A stretch of DNA of 64,000 bases, from NCBI GenBank assembly GCA_026770705.1, contig JANJGN010000646.1, forward strand, positions 124,001 to 188,000, written 5' to 3'. This document shows, one piece after another, positions 10,959 to 23,455 of the stretch; position 1 is the first letter of the stretch, and each line of letters opens with the position of its first letter. Position numbers and translations under genes: made by a program. The notes beneath the pieces were generated by a model, which saw only the letters and a list, made by a program, of their open reading frames with translations, was not told the DNA's origin and did no database searches. The DNA is from Isurus oxyrinchus. Taxonomy: Eukaryota.

Positions 10959-11889
10959 GTAATAACATCGTCAGCTTGGACAGACTTATGGCTAATAGTC
11001 TTTGTAAAAGAACATTCTTATGGAGCTCTGATAGGGAACTGATTCAGCAGTGAGTCAGTGTACAAACTCACACCACGTCCCATTCACCCATCACCCCTGT
11101 GCTCACTGATATACACTGACTCCCTGTCTGACAGCAGAACTGCAGGACAGCAGAGACCTCAAAGGGTTTCAGGGCTGGAGGAGGTGACAGTGATAGGGAT
11201 TAGAGATGGAGAATGGAGGGATAAGGAATCAATGAAGAGATTTTGAAAATTGAGGCATTGCTGGACTGGGAGCCAGTGTATGTCAGTGAGTGACAGGGGA
11301 GCGATCGGCTGAATAGAGAAGCAGGGATAAAAACTGGGGGATGAAGTCTATCCTGATGCAAGCACTCCGATATCAATGCCCTGAAATTTTTCTCTCTTGC
11401 TGATTTTCATCAGAATTTCCCATGAAGACAACACAGAAGCTCTTAGATTAGACAGGCAGTTCAGCGTCACACTTCCTGTCCATTCTCACCATGCTAGAAA
11501 ATTCGATAAGATAGCAAGATAACTGATAGAGAGAAGGGAGGCAAAGCTGTCTGTATGTAAAACTGTCAAATATTCTGAGTTATCATGATTGTTTCTGATC
11601 TGCTGCAGAGTTTATATTTCATTGAAACTTATCACTTTGCAGCTCAGAGAGAGACCATTGACTCACTGCCTGAAAGGGCGGTGGAAGCAGATTCAACAGG
11701 AACTTTCAGAAGGGGAACTGGATAAATACTTGAAGGGGACATTTTGCAGGGCTGTGGGGGAGAGAGCAGAGGTGAGAGTGGGACTAATTGGACAGATCTT
11801 TCAAAGGCCCAGCACAGGCTCGATGGGCCAAATGGCTTCCTTCAGTTCCGGATCATTCCACAATCCGATAAATTAAATCTCTTATCAGT

Positions 11890-14800
11890 AACACTTCAGG
11901 CTCCCGCTGCAGGAATGGATCTTTGAGAAGGATAGGGAACAAGCGGTTTCTCATATCATGTTCATATTTATTGACAATTACATAAGTGCATGGAACTGTT
12001 GAATATTTGGCTCTCTAAAGTGTGGATTTAACCTTCTGGTCCACCCAGATCTTGTGCTGGTTACCTTGTCTGGAGGTGTCTTTAACTGCTCACAGTGGTC
12101 TGTGGGATTGTCACCCTTGGATGTTGTTCCTGATTTCATGTGGGATCTTCTCCTCGATGGAATAGGAGCGGGAATGGATCTGATTTATCCTCGGTTCCGC
12201 CTCACCGCTGTGCCCTTGTGTGTTTGACTCCATAGGCCCTTGGTTCTGAACAAATCCTTGTCACCTCGGCTGGTGGTCATGAACCTTCTGTGGGATCCTG
12301 GATGTGAACTTGTCCCAACTCTAAACTTGGCAACTCTGCACCTCCATTTTTATCATGAACATTCCTTATCTTCTCTTGTAGTTTTAAAAGCTGCCCTCTG
12401 GTTTCTGAGAGAGTAGAATGGGTAAGAGTAGCGAAATTGGTCACTACTGGCACACCAAACATGATCTCTGTCAGTGATGGAATAAGGTGAGGTGATGGTG
12501 TAGTGGTATTGTTGCTGGATGAGTAATTCAGAGACCCAGGGTAATGTCCTGAGGATATGGGTTCAAATCCGGCCATAATAGATGATGGAATTTGAATTTA
12601 ATAAAAATATGAAATTCAAAGTCTAGTGATGACCACAAAACCATTGTTGGAAATCCCACCTGGTTCACCAGTGCCCTGTAGGGAACAAAATTGTCTGGCC
12701 GACATGTGACTCCAGACTCCACGTCAATGTGGTTGACTCTTACATTAGGGATGGGTAATAAATCCTGGCCTCGCCAGTGACTCCCACATCCCATGAATGA
12801 ATTTAACAAAGTTGCAGTTGTAGGTGTCGATCTCAGATGTAACATTGCAATGTGTGGATCTTGCTTGGCCTGTCTACATTTGAGAATTAGGGATTTCACT
12901 GTGTGAATCATTCATTCAGCTATGCTGTTAGATCTGGGGTAATGAGGAGAAGAAGTAGTGTGATTGATATTCCAGATTATCTGTAATCATGTCCCTAGGT
13001 TCACCAAATAATCTGAAAATCGTGCTTAGAGTGTGTGCACCAGTTGTGCTCGGTGTGTTGTGCTATTTTTGAATAACGGGATATCTGGTAAAGCTGTCGA
13101 CGATGACGATGAAGTCAGTGACATGGACATGAAAGGATTCAGATGTGATTTTGGACTAAGAATAGGCAGGAATTTCCTGTGGAATCAGTGGTTCTTTGTG
13201 TTGACTTGGCTCATCCTCTTGACAAGCCTCGAACTTCCCTACAACAACTTCAAGGTCATTGTTAATACCCGGCCAGGGACTGTATCTCTTGTGAGTCTCC
13301 TTGTCTGATCTGTGCCCATGTGTGAGGGATGAAGTTGTTGAAGAATATAGGATCACAAATGTGCCGGTATGATGCCCTGCCTGCCAATTTAGAAGACTCC
13401 CTGGGAGATACCTCGCTTATCTCGATGAGGTCAAGTTGAATCAGGCCACCCTTTCAATGATATTTCCACAGTTCCTGCCGAATTTTTCACTGTTCCCTCT
13501 TGTAGCTGCTGGCATTTCTCTTGTGCTAAATGTACTGGATCAATTGACAGACTTGCATTCTCCTGCAGGTGTAATGTTGCAGCTCCCTTGAAACTGACAA
13601 TACTGTTGAAACTTTCTGCATATTTCAATGTTATGTCCATGAACTGAGTTGCTGGGGTAGTTTCTGAGTTTGACCCATGTGAGGTCTGACAGATTCCATG
13701 GATTGTCTCTAGGGTGAGGTCACCGCATGCCAGTAGACTTGCAATTGCTCAGCCTTTAGTCTCCACGATGTAGAACATCTGTGACACCCAGGAGGATTGA
13801 TTGTACTTGCACCCCAGGACTATGGATTCTGCACATGGAGTTGGTGAAGTGTTGTACACAGCAGTAGGTTTTCCCATGGACTCCCATGTCCTTGGATACA
13901 TGTCTTTGAAAATTTGCTGGGGTGGGCTGTGGGAGGGGAATGTTGGCACTTGCCCCTGTGTCAATCTTGGTCAATAAAGGGGAGGTTGCAACTTTCTCAG
14001 GGCAGAAAATTGGAATCTTGGCCAATAGTGCGGGTGATGTGACAGCATCTGTTCTCCGTGAGATTGATGGTGTAAAAGGTTTGAAATTGTTCAACAATTG
14101 TACAATACGTTGAGCACAAGTGCTGCACAAACTCTAGGCTGGGGTTTTCCGGCACAGTCATGATGGGCCCTGCCGTGGGAGATTGGACAAACATTGGCTT
14201 TCGGCCGGACCGGACAATCCTGGCAGTGGGTGGGGCCAGAAAATCCCACCCCTATGGGACATTTTCAGTTTATTTGATGTGCCCAGAGAGATCTTTAAAG
14301 ACAACAATCCACAATTTATTGGCAAGCCACGTCAGGATATGTGTGAGAGGTGGAATATCGATCACCACTCCTCGTCTCACCGTGTACATCATCGCCATTT
14401 CCTGGTTTGTCAGTCACCACATGTATATGTTCCTGATGGGATAGTGGATGGTCATTCTTATTGCTTGAAGGTTCCCCGTTGTGTAGGGTCTGTTTGGATC
14501 AGCGCACGGCTCTTTGTAGCTGCATGAGCCTTTGCTCTAGTGCCCTGCCGCTGTCAATGGCCCTTTCTGCCACAAGCCTTGCAGGATTGGTGGAAAGCTG
14601 GGCATTTCCTTGGTGCCTGCAGAAGGCCACACCTTCCACACTTCTCACTAGGTTTGGATGTTCTAGTGAGTGTGTCAACAATTGATGTTGTACTGAGGAC
14701 CTGTAATCTTCGTTGACCTGCGAGGATCACTTCGTATTTATGTCCATCCTTGAGTAGCTCTTCAATGCTATAGGCTTTGGTCGTATCTAGCAGTTCTCAC

Positions 14801-15250
14801 CATGAGGGATCCGTCTGCTCCCCAGCTCTTTACTTGAGCTCTTTCCCATCACTGTGTCTTCAAAGGTTTCCTGAGCAGTCAGTACACTGTGATTTCAACC
14901 ATCTCTGATGCTGTGTCTCTGTTGTGGTCTGACCAAAGCGTCGAAGCATGACTCATGTCATCTAGCTCGATCTAAGGTTGTTCACCACGTCATACCTGTA
15001 CTGAATCTTGCTGCCTGAATGTTTGGCCACCGCTGATCACCATGTTGTGTTTTTATAATGATATAAAGGCACCAGCCACTGATACGGAATTGGGTAAATA
15101 CATTGTGGGTTCAGTTATTTAGAATAGGGACATGAGAACAGATATACAAGGATAGAAAGCTGGGAGACACCTGCAGCCAAAGTGTGTGAGCTGTGTTCTG
15201 CTCACAGGCCAAAGTGAAACTTGGACTGGATGGTGTTATCATCCCAGCTG
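11890..15250 (-). mobile_element. Degenerate Ty3/Gypsy LTR retrotransposon (gag, protease and integrase remnants, PBS, LTR)
   Basis: Protease KIDTGASANI (~13960); gag CCHC knuckles (~14500-14660); integrase-like remnants (SPHYPRSNS/IHTVKSLILKC); PBS TGGTGATCAGCGGTGG at 15025-15042 next to an LTR end. Confidence 0.8.
12494..12810 (+). mobile_element. tRNA-derived SINE nested in the Gypsy remnant (relatives at ~43200-43330 and ~54850-55185 on -)
   Basis: A-box-like tggtgtagtgg and B-box-like ggttcaaatcc. Confidence 0.65.
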
Positions 15251-15251
15251 A

Positions 15252-16621
15252 TGTTGCTACTGGGCAAGTCAGATCCCAGGGTGGAGCTCAGCTTGATAGG
15301 TCCTAACTTTTATTTTTTATTTAGGAATGTGGAGTGCAGCTACTGAACAGAGTCACAGGAGTCATCTGATGAACTTCTAACAAAAGAATAAAACATTTAT
15401 TAAACTAGGAAAGACAAACTATATGACATTTCTCCTTCACCCAGACCTATACATTTACAGATATATACAGATTCATAAAGATCACGCAAGTTACAATAGC
15501 TATCTTATACTATCATGTTCACACTAAGTACACAGTCCATGTAAACCAATAGACGACCTGTGGTCAGGACACCACATTCTAAAATCAAGTGACAGAACCC
15601 ACTTGAAACAAATGCTATGTCTCCCTCCTCATCTGACCCCAGACGCTTGTTACACTGTGAGCCAACCAGTCACACTGAACTGAGATATCCATATGAGGGT
15701 TTCCAATCTCAAAGAGAGCCAAGTGCTCTCTTTGGAATCTTCTCCAACATGACACTTTCACTCAGACACCTTCCACAAGGGTCCACTTTCACTATTTCAA
15801 ACTCTCCTTCCCATGTTCCTGCCCCCTGGATCGCCACGTGCATTCAGCCTTCCTTCCACGCCCTGTCTCTCCAATGCTCAGCCGTGTCAATGGAACACCA
15901 GGCTTCACATGGCCGTAGTAATGAGTCACCAACCTGTGGTGTCTCCTAGGATCTTCTGGCTTCTCACAAGCCTATTTTGCTTTAGGCCTGTGTCCTGCTG
16001 CTTTCTCCCTTTAAGCTTGAAGCCTTCTTCTGCTCCTCACTCTTAACTTCACTTAACAGGGCCTTTTCCAGATTTGACTAGAAGGTTTTCTTGGGCCCTT
16101 TCTCCTGTTCCACTCGATAGTTTTGGCTTCATCTTTACTTTGGGACTGACTATCTGTCCCGCTCCTTTGCTGCTTCTCCTGGCAACTCCTTTCAACAGAA
16201 CTGAAAGTACTTTTCTGTTTTTCTCGGTCTCTGTGGGTCCTTCCCTCTGGATCACTGTTGCCAGGCAACAGCACAGTTTTTTACACCTTGTGTTTGTTTT
16301 GACTTCCTGCAAGAGTCTTAAAACCTCAAAGGAATGCTGGCTTATTTTTAGCTCAAGCTCCCCCTTTTCTCAACACCCAAATACAGAAATACAAATTAAA
16401 ATTAAACATAAATATATACCTTAAAGATACACCTTATGCCTAACACACAGAAATACACATAGAACTTACTTAAGCCAACCCCAGTTCCTAAAAATCACAT
16501 GACACACTTCCCCTCGAGTGATGTCATGCTGCTATCCCTGAAAGGCATATTATAACAGTGTTATCACTTGGCAGGTGATGTGTGCCAGGCAGACCAAGTC
16601 CCTGAGAGAAACCTGGTCACA
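15252..16621. mobile_element. Putative solo-LTR or unclassified interspersed repeat (copy at ~34918-36275)
   Basis: TG...CA ends, no coding capacity, present in both duplicates; classification uncertain. Confidence 0.3.
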
Positions 16622-17181
16622 CTATCATAATGATTTTTCAATTTGTATTTATTTTGAGATGTGTGCACTGAATTCAGAAGCAATGACTCCACCAAACTTT
16701 CAGAGATTTAAAACAATAAATTAAGATATTTGTCATCAAAATGAAAGATTTCAAGCACATACATAAGACTACAATGACTGCTATAATAACTCCTAAAATT
16801 CCTAATTAACCTGACTCCCAGTTACACTCCATTTAAGGCAACAGACCAAAATTATATGTTAGATTTAAAACAAATTCAACAAGTTAACACAATGCCCTGG
16901 ACAGTGGAATTCCAAATGGATTTTCCCCAACTTCAGTTCTGTTGGATAGCAGGCTTGTGCACAAACAGGGTCCTGAGGACCATGAGCCAATGTAGAATGA
17001 ACTTGTCCACTCCTGTGTCCAGGATTCTCTTCCATCCGTTATGAAACATTGGGGAGTTCCATGTGTGTCCTGTAGATGGTCCACACTGCAGCCACTGTGC
17101 CCCAGTGATGGAGGGGGTGGATATCGAGTCTAGTGGATCTACAAACCATCCAGAGTTAAATATTGATATTTCTCTCCCCAG

Positions 17182-17550
17182 TTGGACTGTCACAAGAGTG
17201 GAAAGGTGACACTCCACGAGAGGTGACAGCACAGAAAGGTTCGTGTGTACAGATTCCATGTAATTACAATTACCCATCACATTTGTTAGAGAAAACACGT
17301 GTTGGAATCTGGAAAATGAGAAGGGACAAATGGCATACATCGTCTATAGCCTTTCACTCCAAGGATCACAGTCACGAGTTACCACGGTTCCACCATCGGA
17401 CCCGGCTGTCTGGAGACCTGAAAGATGGTGACTGTTCCCTGACTATAAACAACATCAGACGGGAAGATGCAGGACCTTATTTTTTCACGATAAAATTTGG
17501 CAATGGTCCGAGCCATAACTATTACCCTGTAACCCAGCTTCACGTTTCTG
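17182..17550 (+). CDS. Locus 2 Siglec-type V-set exon V-A (lacks the essential F-strand Arg)
   Basis: ccccag acceptor, g|gtaagt donor, 369 nt open; Siglec hallmarks GSCVQIPC, RTRLSGDLKDGDCSL, DAGPYFF (B-E intra-sheet disulfide, no F-strand Cys); YFFT in place of YFFR. Confidence 0.9.
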
Positions 17551-17816
17551 GTAAGTGCTGTGTTATAATTACTCAACAATTCACATTCAACACTCAATGG
17601 GAAATAATAGTGTTTGATTTGCTTGTTTTTTGGCCGTGTTAACCAGCGTCACTATTTTTAATGATTTGTCTATTTCTGCTCCCAGATCCATGAGCTTATT
17701 GTGTGTGATTGAATCCACATCATAGCTGTAACGTAAACCGAGCTGAGGGGTGATGACACCTCCCCGCTGAGTGAAGTATCTCCTCCCCACTACACCTTCC
17801 ACCCCTCACACTGTCC

Positions 17817-18790
17817 GTGTAAACCCCTGTCCCATCTCCAGCCTCTCTTTCCCCTCCAAAGTCCTTGAACGTGTTTCCATCTCCCGAATCCGTTCCCATC
17901 TTTCCCGGAACTCCATGTTTGAATCCCTCCAATCAGGTTCCCACCCCAGCCACTGTGCTGAAACAGCTCTTATCAAGGTCACAAATGGCATCCTGTGTGA
18001 CTTTGACAAAGGTCAACTTTCCCTCCTCGTCCTTCTCGATCTGTCTGCAGCCTTTGACCCGCTCGACCACACCATCCTCCTCCAACACCTCTCCACTGTC
18101 GTCCAGCTGGGTGGGACTGCTCTCCCCTGGCTCCATTCTTATCCATCTCATCGTAGCCAGAGAATCACTTGCAATGGCTTTGCAGCATCATCTGAACAGT
18201 ATTAGTTTTCACCTGTCCACTGAGGATCCCCAGCTCTACCTCACCACCACCTCTCTCGACTCCTCCACTGCTGCTAAATTATCAGGCTGCTTATCCGACA
18301 TCCAGTACTGGATGGGCAGAAATTCCCTCCAATTAAATATTGGAAAGACTGAAGCCATTGTCTTCATTCCCCACTCCAAACTCTGTTCCCTCGCTACCAA
18401 CTCCATTCCTCTCCCTGGCAGCTCTCTGAGATTGAAGCCAATCTGTTCACAGCTTTGTTGTCCCATTTGATCCTGAGATGAGCTTCCGGCCTCATATCTG
18501 CGCCCTCACTAACACCGTCTATTTCCACCTCCGTAACATCGTACGACTTCACCCTGTCTCAGCTCATCTGCTGCTGAAACCCTCATCCACGCCTTCATTA
18601 CCTCCAGACTCGACTGTTCCAACACACGGTCTACACTCCATAAACTTGAGGCCATCCAAAACTGCTGACCACGTCCTTACTCACACCAAGTCCCATTCCC
18701 TTATCACCCGCTCTGCTCGATGACCGAGACTGGCTCCTGGTCAAGCAAAGTCTCAATGTCCAAATTTTCATCTTTGTTTCCTCACTATCT
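17817..18790 (+). mobile_element. L2-type LINE RT fragment (shorter copy at ~37480-38085)
   Basis: ETALIKVTN, LLDLSAAFD and LQLNIGKTE RT motifs. Confidence 0.85.
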
Positions 18791-19885
18791 CTGTAATCTC
18801 CTCCTCCTCCTCCGCCAGCCCCTACAACCCTCCCTATCTCTGTAACTTCTTTCAGTGACCAGAAACCACCCCTATCTCAGAACCTTCCTCCAGCTCCAAC
18901 AACCCTCCCTTTCTCTGCACCATTCTCCAGCCACTCCAACAAACCCTATCTCTAAACCCCCTTCCAGTCCCTACAGCAATCTCTATCTATGTATCCTCCT
19001 CCAGTCCCTACAACCCTCCCTATCTCTATAAACTCCAGTCCCTACAGCCCTCCCTATCTCTATAATCTCCTCCAGTACCTACATCCCTCCCTATTTCTAT
19101 AACCTCCTCCAATCCCTACAGACCTCCCTATGTCTATAACCTCCCCCAGTCCTTACAGCCCTCCCTATCTCTATAACCTCCTCCAGTACCTACATCCCTC
19201 CCTATCTCTATAACCTCCTACAGTTCCTACAGCCCTCCCTATCTCTATAACCTCCCCCAGTCCTTATAGCACTCTTTCTCACTGTAACCTCCTCCAATCC
19301 CTACAGCCCTCCCTATCTCGATAACCTCCTCCAGTCCCTACATCCCTCCCTATCTTGATAACCTCCTCCAGTACCTACAGCATTCTCTATCTCTGTAACT
19401 TCCTCCAGCCACAACAAACGTCCCTATCTCTGTAACCCAATCCTGTACCTACAAACCCCCTATCTCCATAACATTTCCCATTCCCGTCCACCCTCCCTAT
19501 CTCTGTTACTATCTTTTGCCCCTAAAGCCTCCCTTTCACTGTAAATTTCTCCAGTCCCTACAAACCCTCTGTCTCTGTAACCTACTCAGGCCCCTAAAGC
19601 CTCCCTTATCCTTTAACGTCCAACAGTCCCTACAATCCCCTTTTCGCTCAAAGCTCCTCAAGACCCAACAATGTTCCCTAACTCTGTAACCCCATCCTGC
19701 CCCAACAACCCTTCCTTTCACTGTAAGTTCCGCCAGACCCTCCAACCTTCCCTATCTCTGTAACCCCATCCTGCCCCTACAACCCTCCCTGGCTCTGTAA
19801 ACTCCTACAGCCCCTCCAATCTTTCCTACCTCTGTAGCCTCACTACAGCCTCTGTACAAACTACAGCCCCTACAACCCCCCGAGA
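18790..19885. repeat. ~38-bp minisatellite (cctacaaccctccctatctctgtaacctcctccagcc)
   Basis: Tandem degenerate copies at the L2 3' end; shorter arrays at 38085-38460 and 55335-55700. Confidence 0.9.
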
Positions 19886-20739
19886 TCACTGCGCTCCTCC
19901 AATTCCGGAATCTTGACCATCACCGGATGCTATCGCTCCAAAATTGGCGGCCGTGCCTTCTGTTGCCTGGGACCCTAAGCTCTGGAATTCCCACCCAAAT
20001 CCTCTCCCTATCTCTCTCTCTCTCTGTCTCTTTGTCTCTTTCTCTCTATCTCTCCATAACACCGACCTCTTTTGGTCAGCTGTCGCTAATATCTCCACAT
20101 GTGTCTGGGTGACATACTTTGTTTTATGACGCTCCTGTGTAGCACCTTGGGGTGATTTGTCATGTTAAAGTTGTTGTGTAAATATAAGTTGTTGCCCTTT
20201 GACCCTCGACCCCAGATCGAGTCTTATTTTTGAGGGAATGTACAACCTCCTTAGATTTCTGACCAAAATGTCATTTGATTATTTTTATTGAGCGAATGCC
20301 AAGCCCCAATACCGAGCGAGAGCCTCCTCATTTGCTGAGTTTAAGGTGATGAGTCAGCCCCTTAGTCCGTAGCGGGGATTCTCCTGGGTAATGTGCAGCC
20401 TTGTTTGTGTCTCTCCACAAGCGCATGAGGGGTTTGTACAGAGGCTGCAGCGCTGGAGGGGGTCTGCACAGGGGTCCTGGCCTGTCCTGAGCTGGTTTTA
20501 GCAAGGACCACTCTGGCCTTGGCAGCTGAAAGCCAGCCATTGGACAGACGGGGCCTGTCACAAGGAGCCTGTTAGTCACTCCCCCCAGTGTCTCCTGTGC
20601 TCGGATCCAGACCATGTTGGCTGGTGGATCTGGCTCAGGAAGGGTCGTCCCCATGGGACCCCCAGATGGAAGGTGGGTCGAGCGGGTCAGTCACTTGCAT
20701 GTTTATTCTGCAGCTTTAATATTTTAAGAAGGTAAGAAT

Positions 20740-21500
20740 GTAGGAACATAAGAAATAGGGACAGGAGCAGGCCATTCGGCCCCTCGAGCCTGCTCTCGCT
20801 GATCTGGTTGTGGCCTTAACTCCATTTTCCTGCCTGTCCCCCAAACCCTTGACTCCCTTGTCGATCAAAAACCTGCCTCACTCAGCCTTGAGTTTATTCA
20901 ATGGCCCAGTCTCCACTGCTCTCTGGGGAAGGGAATTCCACAGGCTAGCGCCCCTCTGAGAGAGGAAATTCCTCCTCATCTCAGTCTTAAATGGGAAAGC
21001 CCTCATTCCGAAACTGTGCTCCCTGGTTCTAGATTCCCCCACGAGGGGGAAACATCCTCCCAGCATCCACCCTGTCAAGCCCCCTCGGAATCGGATATGT
21101 TTCAATAAGGTCACCACTCATTCTTCTAAACTCCAATGGATACAGGCCCAACCTGCTCAACATTTCCTCACAGGACAAACCCTTTAATCCCAGGAATCAG
21201 CCCAGTGAAGTTTCTCTGAACTGCCTGTACACAATGATCCTGTTACAATCTCACCAACGCCCTGTGCAGCTGTTGCAAGACTTCCCTCCTTTTATACTCC
21301 ATCCCTTTGCAATAAAGGCCAACATTCCACTTGCCTTCCTCATTCCGTGGTGTTCCTGAATGCTGACTTTCTGTGATTCATGTACCAGGACACCCAGATC
21401 CCTCTGTACTGCATTCTGCAGCCTCTCTCCATTTTAATAATATTCTGTTTTACTATTCTTCCTGCCAGAATAATTTGTTGCCATTCTCCTCAGTATTGAC
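20740..21500 (-). mobile_element. CR1 LINE 3' fragment (copy at ~39330-40090)
   Basis: FKTEMRRNFLSQR..SLWNSLP and QRDLGVLV motifs on -. Confidence 0.8.
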
Positions 21501-21589
21501 CATCCTCCAAATTCAGCCACATCTGTAAATATCGGGTTCAGTGGATCCACAAACCATCCAGAGTTAAATATTGATATTTCTCTCCCCAG

Positions 21590-21955
21590 CTGAACCCTCA
21601 CAAGAGTGGAAAGGTGACACTCCACGAGAGGTGACAGCTCAGAAAGGTTCGTGTGTACAGATTCCATGTCATTACAGTTATCCATTGTGTCTGGAAAACC
21701 AACCGCGAGGTGGAGTCTGGTTTAATAATGAGGAATGGAGAACATCGTCTATAGCCTTTCACTCCAAGGATCACAGTCATGAGTTACCACGTTTCCACCA
21801 TCGGACCCGGCTGTCTGGAGACCTGAAAGATGGCGACTGTTCCCTGATTATAAACAACATCAGATGGGGAGATGCAGGACCTTATTTTTTCAGAATAGAA
21901 TTTGACAGCGGAAATAGATACAGCTACTATCCTGTAACCCAGCTTCATGTTTCTG
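21590..21955 (+). CDS. Locus 2 Siglec-type V-set exon V-B (essential Arg present, YFFRIE)
   Basis: Intact splice sites, 366 nt open, phase 1-1, same Siglec motifs. Confidence 0.92.
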
Positions 21956-22683
21956 GTAAGTGCTGTGTTATAATTACTCAACAATTCACATTCAACACTC
22001 AATGGGAAATAACACAAACTGTGCCGTTTACATATTAACACAAAACACAGCTTATTATAACACACTGTCTGATTCTCAATAACCTGGTGATAGCTTCCAG
22101 TTCAGTCCTAAAGCAACATCTAATACTCACTTTAATATCAATGATTAAATGTATTGACTGTGTCCATCAGTGTTATCAGGTTATCCACTCGCACCGATCT
22201 CTCTAATCCTGTCTCGAAGTCTGACATATCGATAGAAGAAATATTCACATTTCTATAGCACATTTCACCATCTCAGCATGGACCAAATCACTTCACAGCC
22301 AATGAGCTGATTCCTGAATTGTAGTTACTGTTGTAAAGTGGGAAACACAGCAGCCAATTTGTGCACAGCAATCTCCCACAAATTGCAAAGTAATAAATGG
22401 CCCAGATTGCTGAGGGACTGATGGGGTAGTGCACTCCAAACTCTGGTCTGCTCCACCACCCTCACCCACTATTATCAGTTCAAGTGTCTCGGAGTGAACG
22501 TGTATTAAGCTGAGAGACAGAAACACCAAAGTCTCAAAGCAGGAAATTCTCTCCTGATCGTTGTAACCTCTCAGTTCTGATATCATCCTTGTAAAAGTGC
22601 TTTCTCTTGTGGGACTGTGATTTCTATTTGAACTGATGCTTCACGTTATATTTCTCTAAAAGGATCCATTCTCTGTCTGTTAG

Positions 22684-22980
22684 ATTTCACAGATAAACCC
22701 ACGATATTCCCTGCTGAAATTATTGCAGGAAAGCGTGTGGATGTAAGCTGCACCTTCAACACAACGTGCAATGGAACAGCAGCACCTGTCTTAACCTGGG
22801 ACATTCCCACTGACGTACCTGGATCAGTCTCAAACACTGTAACTCAGCATGGTGTCACTCTGACCTATACTTCTGTTCTGACCCTGATCCCATCACTCAA
22901 ACACCACGGACACACTCTCAGCTGCAGAGTGAGATATCCATCTGTTTCATCGGAGCAGACCCTCGTACTAACTGTGCAAT
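22684..22980 (+). CDS. Locus 2 C2-set Ig exon 1
   Basis: Intact splice sites, 297 nt; about 3 nucleotide differences from 746-1042 by eye. Confidence 0.92.
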
Positions 22981-23274
22981 GTAAGTTGAGATATCCTTCA
23001 TTCTACATCAGCACTCCCTCAGCGCTGACCCTCTGACAGTGCAGCCTGTTCTCAGTGTCCACATTCTCATTCCTCTCAAAGTGCTTCACAGTCGATAGAA
23101 ATTAACTGATCTTTATTTGATTACTGCTGAATGAAGAGACAAGCTGTCTAAACTTTACACCTCGCACACATTATTTTCCATGGCAACACCTCCTCCAATC
23201 AGTGACCACTTGCCAACCAATCAGCACTCTCTTCCCATCAAGTATAAATTGTTGTTCACTTTCTGTTGGTAAAA

Positions 23275-23455
23275 CTGCGATCTGTCTGTTGAGTCCTGCC
23301 CTGACATCTGAATATCACAATGAACAGAACAAGTTCCAACAATGAGCTGTGGTTGGTGATTCCTTACGTTACATCCGGGGACACTGGAGACTATCAGTGT
23401 GTGGCAGAGAATGAACATGGACCAGTGGATGGGCTCATAACCATCACTGTGGAAC
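23275..23455 (+). pseudogene. Degenerate extra copy of C2 exon 2 (5' half disrupted)
   Basis: 3' half (MNRTSSNNELWLVIPYVTSGDTGDYQCVAENEHG...ITVE|gtgagt) retained; acceptor and 5' half replaced by unrelated sequence. Confidence 0.75.
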
